A stretch of DNA of 64,000 nt, from contig CAVUMN010000001.1 of NCBI GenBank assembly GCA_963742735.1, positions 160,001 to 224,000 on the forward strand, given 5' to 3'. A program made the translations under genes and the position numbers. Position 1 is the stretch's first letter. The number at the start of each line of letters is the position of its first letter. Positions 1-9,337 of the stretch are shown here, one piece after another. This stretch comes from an uncultured Actinomycetes bacterium. Lineage in GTDB: Bacteria > Actinomycetota > UBA4738 > JBBDTT01. The notes below the pieces were generated by a model. It did no database searches. It had not been told where the DNA came from and worked only from the letters and a program-made list of their open reading frames with translations.

Positions 1-71
1 AGCACGTAGACCGCGACCGCCGTGGCGTACAGCAGTCCGGCCAGGCGCCGGCGAGGGGTCGAGGCTTCCAC
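1..71 (-). CDS. lspA: Lipoprotein signal peptidase II, 5' fragment (runs off window)
   Basis: GTG at 71 reads MEASTPRRRLAGLLYATAVAVYVL..., a hydrophobic N-terminus like LspA. It lies directly downstream of dksA/traR, as in other Actinobacteria. Only 23 codons are visible. Confidence 0.6.
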   Translation of the reverse strand, partial: MEASTPRRRLAGLLYATAVAVYV

Positions 72-100
72 GGGGAACTACGGTACCGGTCCGAGGTGGA

Positions 101-496
101 TCAGCGGCCGCGAGCGCGTTCCTCGGCGGTCTGGTCCTTGATGCACAGGCTCGCGTACGGGAGCGCCTTCATGCGGGCCTTCTCGATGGGCTTGCCGCAG
201 CGCTCACAGATGCCGAACGTCCCCTCGTCGATCCGGGCCAGGGCCTTCTCGATCTTCTCGAGCAGGTCTCGGATGTTGTTGGCCAGGGAGAGGTCCCGCT
301 CACGCTCGAAGGTCGCCGAGCCCGCGTCCGCGTACTCCTCGTCGAAGGCCACCTCGCCCGAGAGCTCGGACTGGTTCGTGCCGAAGGTGCCCTCCTCGAT
401 GTCCGTGAACTGTCCGCGGAGCTCGTCGCGCTCCGTCTCGAGGCGCTTGCGGAAATCGGCCAGCTCGGCCTTCTTGTAGGGAGTCTTCGCGGCCAT
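101..496 (-). CDS. TraR/DksA family zinc-finger transcription factor (131 aa)
   Basis: MAAKTPYKK... coiled coil with YADAGSATFERERD, then ALARIDEGTFGICERCGKPIEKARMKALPYASLCIKD. The real start is ATG 496, inside the 101..3571 shadow ORF. Confidence 0.9.
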   Translation of the reverse strand: MAAKTPYKKAELADFRKRLETERDELRGQFTDIEEGTFGTNQSELSGEVAFDEEYADAGSATFERERDLSLANNIRDLLEKIEKALARIDEGTFGICERCGKPIEKARMKALPYASLCIKDQTAEERARGR

Positions 497-541
497 GGTG
501 CGCGGGACGGTAGCACTTCCGAACGCTACGATCCCCGCCCG

Positions 542-3500
542 ATGACCTACCGGACGATCGACGCGCGAGAGCCCATGCCCGAGGTCGACGCGCGCGTGCT
601 CGCGTTCTGGCGAGAGGCGGACGTGTTCCGCCAGACGCTCGAGCTGAGGGAGGGTTCGCCCGAGTGGGTCTTCTACGACGGCCCGCCCACCGCGAACAAC
701 CGGCCGCACCTGGGACACGTGTTGGCCCGGACCTTCAAGGACCTCTATCCGCGCTACAAGACGATGACGGGGCACTACGTGCACCGCAAGGCCGGCTGGG
801 ACTGCCACGGCCTGCCGGTGGAACTGGAGATCGAGCGCGAGATCGGTGTCGCCACCAAACACGAGATCGAGGCGTTCGGGATCGGCGAGTTCAACCGCCG
901 CTGCCGCGAGTCCGTGACCCGCTACGTCGAGGACTGGGAGCGGATGACCGAGCGGCTGGGGTACTGGATCGACCTCTCGGACGCGTACTTCACGATGTCG
1001 CCGGAGTACATCCAGTCCGTGTGGTGGGCCGTGAAGCGCCTGCACGAGCAGGGCCTGCTCTTCGAGGGCCTCAGGTCGATCGCGTACTGCCCCCGATGCG
1101 GCACGGGGCTGTCCGACCACGAAGTCGCGCAGGGCTACACCACCGTGACCGACCCCAGCGTGTACGTCCGGTTCCCCGCGACGTCGGGACCCCTCGCCGA
1201 GCGGGGAGCGGCGTTCCTGGCCTGGACGACCACCCCATGGACGCTGATCTCGAACGTGGCCCTCGCGGTCAATCCCGAGATCGCCTACGCCCTGGTAGAG
1301 ACGGGCGCCGAGCGCCTGGTCGTGGCCGAGGCCCTGGTCCCGAAGCTGTTCGGCGAGGACGCGGAGATCGTTGAGCGGCTGACGGCGGCCGATCTGGAGG
1401 GTCAGACGTACGAGCCCCCGTTCGGCTACGCCCCCCTGGACGGGAAGGGCCACCTGGTGGTCACCGGGGACTTCGTGACCACCCAGGACGGCACCGGGAT
1501 CGTCCACATCGCCCCGGCGTTCGGCCAGGAGGACCTGGACACCGGCAAACGCTTCGGCCTGGGCGTGATCAACCCCATGGACGAGGAGGGCCGGTTCACC
1601 TCCCTCGCCGGGCCGTACGCCGGCCGGCACGTGAAGGAGGCCGATCAGGACCTGATCCGCGAGCTCGAGGCCACCGGCAGGTTGTGGCGGGCGGAGGAGT
1701 ACGAGCACACCTACCCGCTGTGCTGGCGGTGCGGGACCCCGCTGCTCTACTGGGCGCGGACGTCCTGGTACGTCCGCACCACCGACCGTAAGCGGGAGCT
1801 CCTGGAGGCCAACGAGGGGGTCCACTGGTACCCCGAGCACACCCGGCACGGGCGGTACGGGGACTGGCTCTCGAACAACGTCGACTGGGCGCTTTCGCGA
1901 GAGCGCTACTGGGGGACGCCGCTGCCGGTGTGGCGGTGCGAAACCGGGCACGTGACCGTGGTCGGCTCGCTCCGGGAGCTCTCCGAGCACGCCGGCCGCG
2001 ATGTCTCCGACGTCGACCCCCATCGCCCCGAGATCGACGACGTGACGATCACGTGCCCGCAGTGCTCCGTCGAGGCCAGGCGCGTGCCCGAGGTGCTGGA
2101 CGCCTGGTTCGACTCGGGGGCCATGCCGTTCGCCCAGTGGGGCTATCCGGTGGAGGGCCACGACGAGTTCGCCAAGCGGTTCCCGGCCGACTTCATCGCG
2201 GAGGGCATCGACCAGACCCGCGGGTGGTTCTACTCGCTCATGGCCGAGAGCGTGCTCCTGTTCGGCGAGAACGCGTATCGCAACGTGATCTGCCACGACC
2301 TGGTGCTCGACGCCGAGGGCCGAAAGATGTCCAAGCGGTTGGGCAACGTGATCGAGCCCGCGGAGGCCTTCGACGCGTTCGGGGCCGACGCCGTCCGCTG
2401 GGTGATGCTCGTGTCGGGGTCGCCGTGGGCGGCCCGGCGGGTGTCGTTCGACACGATGGGCGAGGTGGTCAGGCAGTTCCTTCTCACGCTGCGCAACACC
2501 CACGCCTTCTTCGCGACCTACGCGAACGTGGACGGGGTCGACGCGGCCTCGCTCGACGTGGCGCTCGAGGACCGCCCTCCCCTCGACCGCTGGGCGCTCT
2601 CCCAGCTGCACGACACGGTCGCCCGCGCGCGGGAGGCGCTCGACGACTACGACGCCACCGGCGCGGGACGGCGCGTAGAGCAGCTCGTGGACGACCTGTC
2701 GAACTGGTGGGTGCGGCGCTCGCGCCGCCGCTTCTGGGACCCGGCCGGCACGCGAACCGACGACGTCGCGAAGCGCTCCGCGTACGCCACGCTGTACGAG
2801 GCCCTGACCACGGTGGCCCGGCTCCTGGCCCCGTTCACGCCGTTCATCGCCGAGGACATCTGGCGGGGGCTGGTCGCCGAGACGGATCCCTCGGCCCCCC
2901 AGTCGGTGCACCTGGCCGACTACCCGCGCCCGGATCCCTCCCGGCTCGACCCGGGCCTGGACGAGGCCATGGCCGCGATCCGCCAGGTCGTCGCCCTCGG
3001 ACGGGCCGCGCGGACCGAGGCGAAGGTCCGGACCCGGCAGCCGCTGTCCCGGGCGGTGGTGCACGTTCCGGGCGACCCGGCCCGACTGAGTCCGCTCCTG
3101 CCGCTGGCGGCCGAGGAGCTCAACGTGAAGGAGGTCGTCTTCGCGGCGTCGGAGGGCGAACTCGCGGGGTGGCGGGCCAAGCCGAACTTCCGGGCCCTCG
3201 GGCCGCGTCTGGGACCTCGGGTCAAGGCGCTCGCCGAGGCCCTCTCGAGGGACGACGGAACCTTGGCCGGCGAGCTGGCCGCCGGACGGTCCGTGACCGT
3301 CGACCTCCCGGACGGCGAGGTCGTCCTCGGTCCCGAGGAGGTCGACCTGGTCCGCGAGACCCGGGAGGGATGGCGGCTGGCGTCGGACGGGACGACCGCC
3401 GTGGCCCTGGACCTCACGGTGGACGACGAGCTGCGCGGCGAGGGACTCGCCCGCGAGGTCATCAGAGCGATCCAGGACGCCCGCCGCGACGCGGGGCTGG

Positions 3501-3712
3501 CGATCACCGACCGGATCCGGGTGACCCTCGCCGTCGAGGGGGACGGCGCGGGGGACGCGATCCGGACGCACGCCGTGCTGATCTCCGGAGAGACGCTCTC
3601 GAGCGCGCTCGACGTCGTGGACACCGCGGGCTCGGGAACGCCCGCCGTCGAGCAGGACGGCGGGCGCGTCTGGCTCGACGCTCGGGCTGGCCTAGGCGCG
3701 GTTCGCGGCTAG
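542..3712 (+). CDS. ileS: Isoleucine--tRNA ligase (type 2, IleRS2)
   Basis: DGPPTANNRPHLGH (HIGH), GWDCHGLPVE, WTTTPWTL, GTGIVHIAPAFG, SRERYWGTPLP and KMSKR motifs; 1056 aa. Confidence 0.97.
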   Translation: MTYRTIDAREPMPEVDARVLAFWREADVFRQTLELREGSPEWVFYDGPPTANNRPHLGHVLARTFKDLYPRYKTMTGHYVHRKAGWDCHGLPVELEIEREIGVATKHEIEAFGIGEFNRRCRESVTRYVEDWERMTERLGYWIDLSDAYFTMSPEYIQSVWWAVKRLHEQGLLFEGLRSIAYCPRCGTGLSDHEVAQGYTTVTDPSVYVRFPATSGPLAERGAAFLAWTTTPWTLISNVALAVNPEIAYALVETGAERLVVAEALVPKLFGEDAEIVERLTAADLEGQTYEPPFGYAPLDGKGHLVVTGDFVTTQDGTGIVHIAPAFGQEDLDTGKRFGLGVINPMDEEGRFTSLAGPYAGRHVKEADQDLIRELEATGRLWRAEEYEHTYPLCWRCGTPLLYWARTSWYVRTTDRKRELLEANEGVHWYPEHTRHGRYGDWLSNNVDWALSRERYWGTPLPVWRCETGHVTVVGSLRELSEHAGRDVSDVDPHRPEIDDVTITCPQCSVEARRVPEVLDAWFDSGAMPFAQWGYPVEGHDEFAKRFPADFIAEGIDQTRGWFYSLMAESVLLFGENAYRNVICHDLVLDAEGRKMSKRLGNVIEPAEAFDAFGADAVRWVMLVSGSPWAARRVSFDTMGEVVRQFLLTLRNTHAFFATYANVDGVDAASLDVALEDRPPLDRWALSQLHDTVARAREALDDYDATGAGRRVEQLVDDLSNWWVRRSRRRFWDPAGTRTDDVAKRSAYATLYEALTTVARLLAPFTPFIAEDIWRGLVAETDPSAPQSVHLADYPRPDPSRLDPGLDEAMAAIRQVVALGRAARTEAKVRTRQPLSRAVVHVPGDPARLSPLLPLAAEELNVKEVVFAASEGELAGWRAKPNFRALGPRLGPRVKALAEALSRDDGTLAGELAAGRSVTVDLPDGEVVLGPEEVDLVRETREGWRLASDGTTAVALDLTVDDELRGEGLAREVIRAIQDARRDAGLAITDRIRVTLAVEGDGAGDAIRTHAVLISGETLSSALDVVDTAGSGTPAVEQDGGRVWLDARAGLGAVRG

Positions 3713-4308
3713 GGGCGGCAGACGCCGCAGGGGGTGAAGCCCTTGCGGCCCGCGCTCGCCTTCGACATCTTCTCGGTGTCCCGGCGGCCCTTCACGAAGC
3801 GACACGAGGCCTGGTGGTAGGTCCCGCGCTCGGGGATCGCCACGACGCTTCCGCCGGTGGCCGCGGCCTTGGCGGTCGACTTCTTCGCGGCGCCCTTCGA
3901 CGCGGTGGCCTTGGGCGCGGCCTTGGCGGCGGCCTTCTTGGCCGGAGCCTTCTTCGCTGGAGCCTTCTTCCGCGGCGCAGCCTTCGCGCGAGACGGAGCC
4001 GGCGGAGCCGTCTCCTCCTCCTCGTCGCGGGACGGCGGCGCGGTCACCCGGCGCCGAGCGGCGGGGGCCTCGATCACGGCCGTCTCGCGTTCCTCCACGG
4101 CCTCGGACGAGCCCGCGGGAGGTCCGTATGGAGCTCCGGCGGTGGCGGGCTGGACCGGCTTCTTCTGGAGCACGCCCACGGCAAGGAATAGGGCGGCCGC
4201 CACGCTGGATCCGATCGAGATCCAGATGAACGTCAGCCCGCTCTGGAAAACCCCGATGATCAACGTGATGAGCGCGACGATCACGAGTCCGAACGACGCT
4301 GCGTACAC
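3709..4308 (-). CDS. Membrane protein: 2 TM helices, Lys/Ala-rich PAKKA repeats, C-terminal His/Cys metal-binding domain
   Basis: Two N-terminal hydrophobic helices, then KAAPRKKAPAKKAPAKKAAAK, then YHQASCRFV...GFTPCGVCRP. GGGAGG RBS precedes GTG 4308. Confidence 0.8.
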   Translation of the reverse strand: MYAASFGLVIVALITLIIGVFQSGLTFIWISIGSSVAAALFLAVGVLQKKPVQPATAGAPYGPPAGSSEAVEERETAVIEAPAARRRVTAPPSRDEEEETAPPAPSRAKAAPRKKAPAKKAPAKKAAAKAAPKATASKGAAKKSTAKAAATGGSVVAIPERGTYHQASCRFVKGRRDTEKMSKASAGRKGFTPCGVCRP

Positions 4309-4373
4309 GGTTGGTTAGCCTCCCCTGGTCTACGGACGGCCCAGAGTATAGATGAGCACCCCGGGCCTCAAGC

Positions 4374-5627
4374 TCATTCTTCACCCCAGAACAATTCCCT
4401 GAGGCTTCGATCGTCCTCGTCGGGCTCCCCAGGCGGGCCCTCGGAGGGCTCCTCTGGGGTCCCATCGAGCCCGGTGTGCCCGGCCGCGTCGGCATCGGAG
4501 CCTTCGCCGGGACGCCCGGAGCGGTCCGTCCGTTCGTCGTACGACTCGGGCTCCGCGGCCGGCTCCTTCGCGGACTCGGGGTCGGGCGACGTGAACAGCG
4601 CGGGCGTCTCTGGGCGCTCGTCCCGCGGCGGCGACGGGGGGCGGCTCAGGAACGCCCCGGGCTCGATGGGCTCCGGGACGATCGGCTCGGGCAGCGAGGG
4701 GATCGGCCGGGGTGTCGCCGGCCGCGCGGTCCCCCCGGCGAACGGGTTCGACCAGGCGGCTCGATCCTCACCGGCGGGCTCCGGCGACTCCTCGGGCGCC
4801 GGCGCCGGCTCGGGCTCGGGTGACGGCGGCGTCCACGCCTGGGTGTCCTCCTGCCGAGGCGCCGGTTCGGGACGCGCGATGGGAACCGGGTTCGGCCAGC
4901 TCGTCGCCGACGCGGCCTGATCGGCGGCCGGCCCGGGCTCGGCCCACGGGTCCTTCTTGGGCTCGGGGGTCCATGCGTCCTCACGGGCAGCGGCGGCGGG
5001 CTCGGGCGTGGCCGGCGGAGCCCACGGGGTCTGCGGGCCGGGACCGACTCCGCTCTCCGAGGCGGGCCCCTCGGGCTCGGCGGAGGCAGGCTCGGGCTCG
5101 GGGGGCGCGATGGCCTCGGTGCGAACGGCCGTCTCCTGGGTCGAACGGGCCTTCTGCGCCTCGTTCTTCACGACCTCGGCGTGCCGCTGGATGAGGGAGG
5201 CGAGCGCCTGCAGGAACTCGCGTTCGCGTCCGAGGAAGGTCTTGATCTCCTCCGGCGCGGAGGAGACGCGGGCCCCCGCGGGGAGGGCGTCGTCGAGGAT
5301 CTGGTTGGCGGCCTCCCGCGCCTCGCGGACGATCTCCTCGGCGCGGCGCTGGGCCTCCTCGATGAGGGAGCCCGGATGCGCGGCGCCCGCACCGCCGCCC
5401 TCATCGGCGCGTTCACCCAGCCGCTTGTTCTCCTCGTGGAGCCGGGCCAGCTCCTCGGTCATCAGGTCCAGGAACTCGTCCACGTCCTGCTCGTTGTAGC
5501 CGCGGAACGCCAGACGGAATTCCTTCTGCTGGACGTCGACGGGCAGGAGCCGGCGGGGAGCGCTCCCCTCCTCCGGCGTGGCGGCGGCCTCGTCGTGCGA
5601 GCCCCGCCGCCGTTTGCGCTTACTCAT
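4374..5627 (-). CDS. divIVA: DivIVA domain protein with long Pro/Glu-rich tail
   Basis: LLPVDVQQKEFRLAFRGYNEQDVDEFLD DivIVA signature followed by coiled coil; lies after sepF-yggT. Confidence 0.9.
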   Translation of the reverse strand: MSKRKRRRGSHDEAAATPEEGSAPRRLLPVDVQQKEFRLAFRGYNEQDVDEFLDLMTEELARLHEENKRLGERADEGGGAGAAHPGSLIEEAQRRAEEIVREAREAANQILDDALPAGARVSSAPEEIKTFLGREREFLQALASLIQRHAEVVKNEAQKARSTQETAVRTEAIAPPEPEPASAEPEGPASESGVGPGPQTPWAPPATPEPAAAAREDAWTPEPKKDPWAEPGPAADQAASATSWPNPVPIARPEPAPRQEDTQAWTPPSPEPEPAPAPEESPEPAGEDRAAWSNPFAGGTARPATPRPIPSLPEPIVPEPIEPGAFLSRPPSPPRDERPETPALFTSPDPESAKEPAAEPESYDERTDRSGRPGEGSDADAAGHTGLDGTPEEPSEGPPGEPDEDDRSLRELFWGEE

Positions 5628-5657
5628 GACGATCGTCCTCCCTGGCCATCCCGGCTC

Positions 5658-5921
5658 CTACAGCCCGAAGCCACATCCGAGCGCCGCCTGGAGCACCCCG
5701 ATCACCACGAAGATCAGGATCGGCGACAGGTCCAGCATGCCGACGCGCAGCCCCGGGATGCGCTCGCGCACCAGCCGGAGCACCGGCTCGGTCAGATCGT
5801 AGACGACCTCGAACACCGCGCGTCCGATCCCCCGCTGGGGCGTGGGGAACCACGACCAGATGATTCGGATGAACAGCACCGCCCAGTACGCGGTGAGCAG
5901 GGCGCAGACGACGGTTCTCAC
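5658..5921 (-). CDS. yggT: YggT family membrane protein
   Basis: IRIIWSWFP...YDLTEPVLRLVR...LDLSPILI; canonical position. Confidence 0.9.
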   Translation of the reverse strand: MRTVVCALLTAYWAVLFIRIIWSWFPTPQRGIGRAVFEVVYDLTEPVLRLVRERIPGLRVGMLDLSPILIFVVIGVLQAALGCGFGL

Positions 5922-5954
5922 GTGGCTCCCTCCGGGACGGACGGCGGAGTGAGA

Positions 5955-6449
5955 TCAGAACTGGTTGTAGAAGCCGCCTTCCTCACGCAGCCGCTCACGC
6001 TCCTCCGCGGACACCTCCATGTCCTCGGGCGTGAGCAGGTAGACGCGGTTGGCCACGGGCTCGATCTTGCCGTCGAGGCCGAACACCAGGCCCGACGCGA
6101 AGTCCACGAGCCGCCGCGCCGTGGCGTCCTCGGTCCCCTGCAGGTTCATGATCACGGGGATCCCCTGCTTGAACCGCTCGCCGATCTCCCGCGCCTCGTT
6201 GAAGCGCTTCGGGGCCGCGCTGTGGATCGACCCGGCCGAGGCCGGGCGGGTCTGCGGGATCGTGCGCACGATCGCGTCGTGTCCGGTGTCGGTGGACACC
6301 GCGCCGGCATCGGGCGTCCGCTGCAGGCGGCGCACGGGCGCCGGCTCGCGATTGGCCATCGGGGCCTCGATCACCTCGCCCAGGTCCTCGTAGTCCTCGT
6401 CCTCGACGAGGCCGAGGTACTGGAGGGTTTTCTTCCACACGCCAGCCAT
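5955..6449 (-). CDS. sepF: Cell division protein SepF
   Basis: YLGL N-terminus, PKRFNEAREIGERFKQGIPVIMNL, RRLVDFASGLVFGLDGKIE. Confidence 0.95.
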   Translation of the reverse strand: MAGVWKKTLQYLGLVEDEDYEDLGEVIEAPMANREPAPVRRLQRTPDAGAVSTDTGHDAIVRTIPQTRPASAGSIHSAAPKRFNEAREIGERFKQGIPVIMNLQGTEDATARRLVDFASGLVFGLDGKIEPVANRVYLLTPEDMEVSAEERERLREEGGFYNQF

Positions 6450-7120
6450 CAGGTCTCCTTGAAGGGTCTCGCACCGAACAGGGCGGTGCCGATCCGCACC
6501 ATGGTAGCGCCTTCTTCCACGGCGCCAGGGAAATCATCGGACATTCCCATGGACAGTTCCCGCAGGTCGGGAGCGTGAGTGTCGCGGAGCTCGCGGAGCC
6601 CGGCGAACCATCGACGGGGGTCGCCCGAGTCCACCGGCGCGACCGTCATCAGCCCCTCCAGAAGCAGACCGGGCACCGACCGGATCCCGTCCAGGGCCGC
6701 CCGAAGCTCGTCGGGATGCACGCCCTGTCGCCGGCCGGTGAAATCAACCTCCAGGAGAGCCCGGACCGGCTCGCCCCTGGCCGCGCCGGCCGCGCCCAGG
6801 CGCCTCGGGCCCTCTCCCGGCTCGAGGCCGTGGACGAGGTCGGCGGTCGCGATCCGCCGGGCCTTGTTCGACTGGACCCTGCCCAGGTAGTGCCAGGTGG
6901 CGTCCGCCGCGGCCGCCCGCTTCGCCTCGAGGTCCTGGATGTAGTTCTCGCCGAAGTCGTCGAGCACGGCGGCGGCCGCGCGCACGACCGCCGCCGGGTG
7001 GCCCTTGGTCACGGCGATCAGGGTGACCTCGCCGGGGCGGCGGCCGGCGACCCGGCAGGCCTCGGCGATGCGCCCCCGGACGTCCTCGATCCGGGCCGCG
7101 AGATCGCCGGGGGCGCTCAT
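6449..7120 (-). CDS. yggS: PLP homeostasis protein YggS
   Basis: LIAVTK, FGENYIQ, WHYLGRVQSNK, LSMGMSDDF, VRIGTALFG; start ATG 7120. Confidence 0.93.
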   Translation of the reverse strand: MSAPGDLAARIEDVRGRIAEACRVAGRRPGEVTLIAVTKGHPAAVVRAAAAVLDDFGENYIQDLEAKRAAAADATWHYLGRVQSNKARRIATADLVHGLEPGEGPRRLGAAGAARGEPVRALLEVDFTGRRQGVHPDELRAALDGIRSVPGLLLEGLMTVAPVDSGDPRRWFAGLRELRDTHAPDLRELSMGMSDDFPGAVEEGATMVRIGTALFGARPFKET

Positions 7121-7887
7121 CGGCGGACCACGACCATCGCCTGTCGTCCCGTGCGGCCGTCGCGCCGGAAGGAGAAGAACCGGTCCGTCTCGCACGCGGT
7201 GCACAGCGCCGACCGCTCGATGTCTCGAACCCCCCCGCCTCGGAGCGAGGCCTCCACCGTGGCGGGCAGATCCAGGTACCAGGCGCCGTCGCGCCGCTCG
7301 GCCGGGGCGGACGGCTCGGTGTCGCGCACGGCGCGGACCACCTCCTCCCCCACCTCGTAGTGGCACGGACCGATCGCGGGGCCGATCGCGGCGGCGACCC
7401 GGCGGGGCTCCGGGAACCACCCGAGGGCCGAGGCCACCATCCCCCCGGCGATCCCCTTCCAGCCGGCGTGGACCGCAGCCACGCGTTCGTCGTCGGCGAG
7501 CGCTAGGGGAACGCAGTCCGCGGTCAGGATCGCCAGGGGTACGTCCGGGGCGGTCGTGACCAGTGCGTCACACCCGGGGAGGCCGGGGCGTTTGCCGAAG
7601 CCGAGGCCGGCGCGGGTCGCGTCCACTCCCTCCACGACCGAGCCGTGAACCTGCTCGGCGGTGGCGAAGGGCGGGATACCGAGTGCCTCGACGACGAGCT
7701 CGCGGTTGCGCCGCACCGCGACGGGCAGGTCGCCCTCCTTGAAGCCCAGGTTCAACGAGCCGAACGGATCGCCGCTGACGCCACCGGTCCGCTCGGTGAA
7801 CGCGACGAGGACGTCCCGATGGTTGAGGGCCGAGGAGATGAGCCACGCGATCCCGTCGGGGGTGGTGCGTCGCTCGAGGTGATCCAT
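7117..7887 (-). CDS. pgeF: Peptidoglycan editing factor PgeF / YlmD (purine nucleoside phosphorylase-like)
   Basis: FTERTGGVS, QVHG, TADCVP, VHAGWKG, IGPAIGPCHYEV, FFSFRRDGRTGRQ; start ATG 7887. Confidence 0.92.
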   Translation of the reverse strand: MDHLERRTTPDGIAWLISSALNHRDVLVAFTERTGGVSGDPFGSLNLGFKEGDLPVAVRRNRELVVEALGIPPFATAEQVHGSVVEGVDATRAGLGFGKRPGLPGCDALVTTAPDVPLAILTADCVPLALADDERVAAVHAGWKGIAGGMVASALGWFPEPRRVAAAIGPAIGPCHYEVGEEVVRAVRDTEPSAPAERRDGAWYLDLPATVEASLRGGGVRDIERSALCTACETDRFFSFRRDGRTGRQAMVVVRR

Positions 7888-7924
7888 GGGGGGAGAGTAA
7901 GTGGGGACGGGGAGGACCCTGTCG

Positions 7925-8003
7925 CAAGGCGGGGGAAGGGCGCCTCGACGACCCTCCCCGCCCCCACGTCCTACGTCCCGGGTCGGGGGCCGGGACCGGC
8001 TTT
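7925..8003 (-). terminator. GC-rich hairpins downstream of ftsZ (possible intrinsic terminator)
   Basis: GTCCCGG...CCGGGAC and GGCGGGG...CCCCGCC inverted repeats directly after the ftsZ stop; no U-tract. Confidence 0.35.
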
Positions 8004-8005
8004 CT

Positions 8006-9148
8006 TCAGCTCTTGAGGAAGTCGGGGATGTCCAGGTCCGACTCCGCGTCGAACGTGACGGTGGCCGGGGACCGGAACAGGTCCTCGTCCTCCTCATCGT
8101 CCGACAGGATCGACGGACCGAGGTCGTCCTCGTCCTCCTCCGGCTCACGACGAGAGACCGGCGACTCCAGGAGCCGGCCGATCCGAGAGTCGGCGACGCC
8201 GCCGAGCTTGTCGAAGCCCGCGGCGATCACCGTCACCCGGACGTCTTCGCTCATCGTGTCGTCGATCACCGCGCCGAAGATGATGTTCGCGTCGGGGTGC
8301 GCCACCCGGGTGATCGCTTCGGCCGCGCGGTTGACCTCGTGCAGGGCGAGGTCCGAGGGGCCGGAGATCGACAGCAGGACGCCCTTGGCACCCTCGATCG
8401 ACGCCTCGAGCAGCGGCGAGGAGATCGCCGCGCGCGCGGCGTCCTCCGCCCGGTTCTCGCCGGAGCCGTGTCCGATGCCCATCAGGGCCGAGCCGGCCCC
8501 CGTCATCACGGCCTTCACGTCGGCGAAGTCCAGATTGATGAGTCCGGGCGTCATGATCAGTCCCGTGATCCCGTCCACGCCCTGGTAGAGGACCTGGTCG
8601 GCCATACGGAACGCATCGATCATCGGCGTCTCGGGATCCGAGACCTGCAGCAGGCGATCGTTCGGCACGATGATGAGGGTGTCGACGGCCTTCTTCAGCT
8701 CGGCGATCCCCATGTCGGCCTGCGTCGCCCGCTTGCGTCCCTCGAAGGCGAACGGCCGCGTGACGACGCCGATGGTCAGGGCACCGATCTCCTTGGAGAT
8801 CTCCGCGACCACCGGCGCGCCGCCGGTTCCCGTCCCACCGCCGGCACCGGCGGTGATGAACACCATGTCCGCACCCTTGAGGATCTCCTCGATCTCGGTG
8901 CGGTGTTCCTCCGCCGCGCGGCGTCCGATCTCGGGGTCCGAACCCGAGCCGAGACCGCGGGTCGTCTCACGGCCGATGTCCAGCTTCACGTCGGCCTCGG
9001 ACATCAGCAGCGCCTGGGCGTCGGTGTTGATCGCGATGAACTCCACGCCCTTGAGCCCGGCCTCGATCATCCGGTTCACGGCGTTGACTCCGCCACCACC
9101 GATGCCGACGACCTTGATGACCGCCAGGTAGTTCTGAGGTCCCTGCAT
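8006..9148 (-). CDS. ftsZ: Cell division protein FtsZ
   Basis: [24 protein letters not shown] tubulin motif, INLDFADV, C-terminal LDIPDFLKS; start ATG 9148 with GGAGG RBS. Confidence 0.99.
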   Translation of the reverse strand: MQGPQNYLAVIKVVGIGGGGVNAVNRMIEAGLKGVEFIAINTDAQALLMSEADVKLDIGRETTRGLGSGSDPEIGRRAAEEHRTEIEEILKGADMVFITAGAGGGTGTGGAPVVAEISKEIGALTIGVVTRPFAFEGRKRATQADMGIAELKKAVDTLIIVPNDRLLQVSDPETPMIDAFRMADQVLYQGVDGITGLIMTPGLINLDFADVKAVMTGAGSALMGIGHGSGENRAEDAARAAISSPLLEASIEGAKGVLLSISGPSDLALHEVNRAAEAITRVAHPDANIIFGAVIDDTMSEDVRVTVIAAGFDKLGGVADSRIGRLLESPVSRREPEEDEDDLGPSILSDDEEDEDLFRSPATVTFDAESDLDIPDFLKS

Positions 9149-9218
9149 GGCTCGCCTCCACGTCCTTCGGGGGGACCGATTTCGGCCTCTGACCTGCGGC
9201 GATGCTGCTGCCGTGGTC

Positions 9219-9249
9219 AACTGTCAAGGTCTAGTTTACCTTGACTGTT
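9219..9249. promoter_or_regulatory. Imperfect 12-bp inverted repeat upstream of ftsZ (candidate MerR/FtsR-type operator)
   Basis: AACTGTCAAGGT-N7-ACCTTGACTGTT (11/12 match) in an AT-rich island. It overlaps a possible TTTACA-17-TAGACC promoter. Confidence 0.6.
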
Positions 9250-9275
9250 ATGTAAACCTATACTGCAAGGCGAGG

Positions 9276-9304
9276 ACCATACACGATGGAACCGAGGGGG
9301 TCAA
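9276..9304 (-). promoter_or_regulatory. Sigma-A type ftsZ promoter
   Basis: TTGACC-17 bp-TATGGT on the minus strand between ftsQ and ftsZ. Confidence 0.7.
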
Positions 9305-9337
9305 CCCCTTTTGGCGAGCTTTGCGGACCCGGGCCGC

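Noticed and set aside
101-3571. 1156-aa minus-strand ORF antisense to ileS
   Set aside because: High-GC shadow frame; only the last 131 codons (DksA/TraR) look like real protein.
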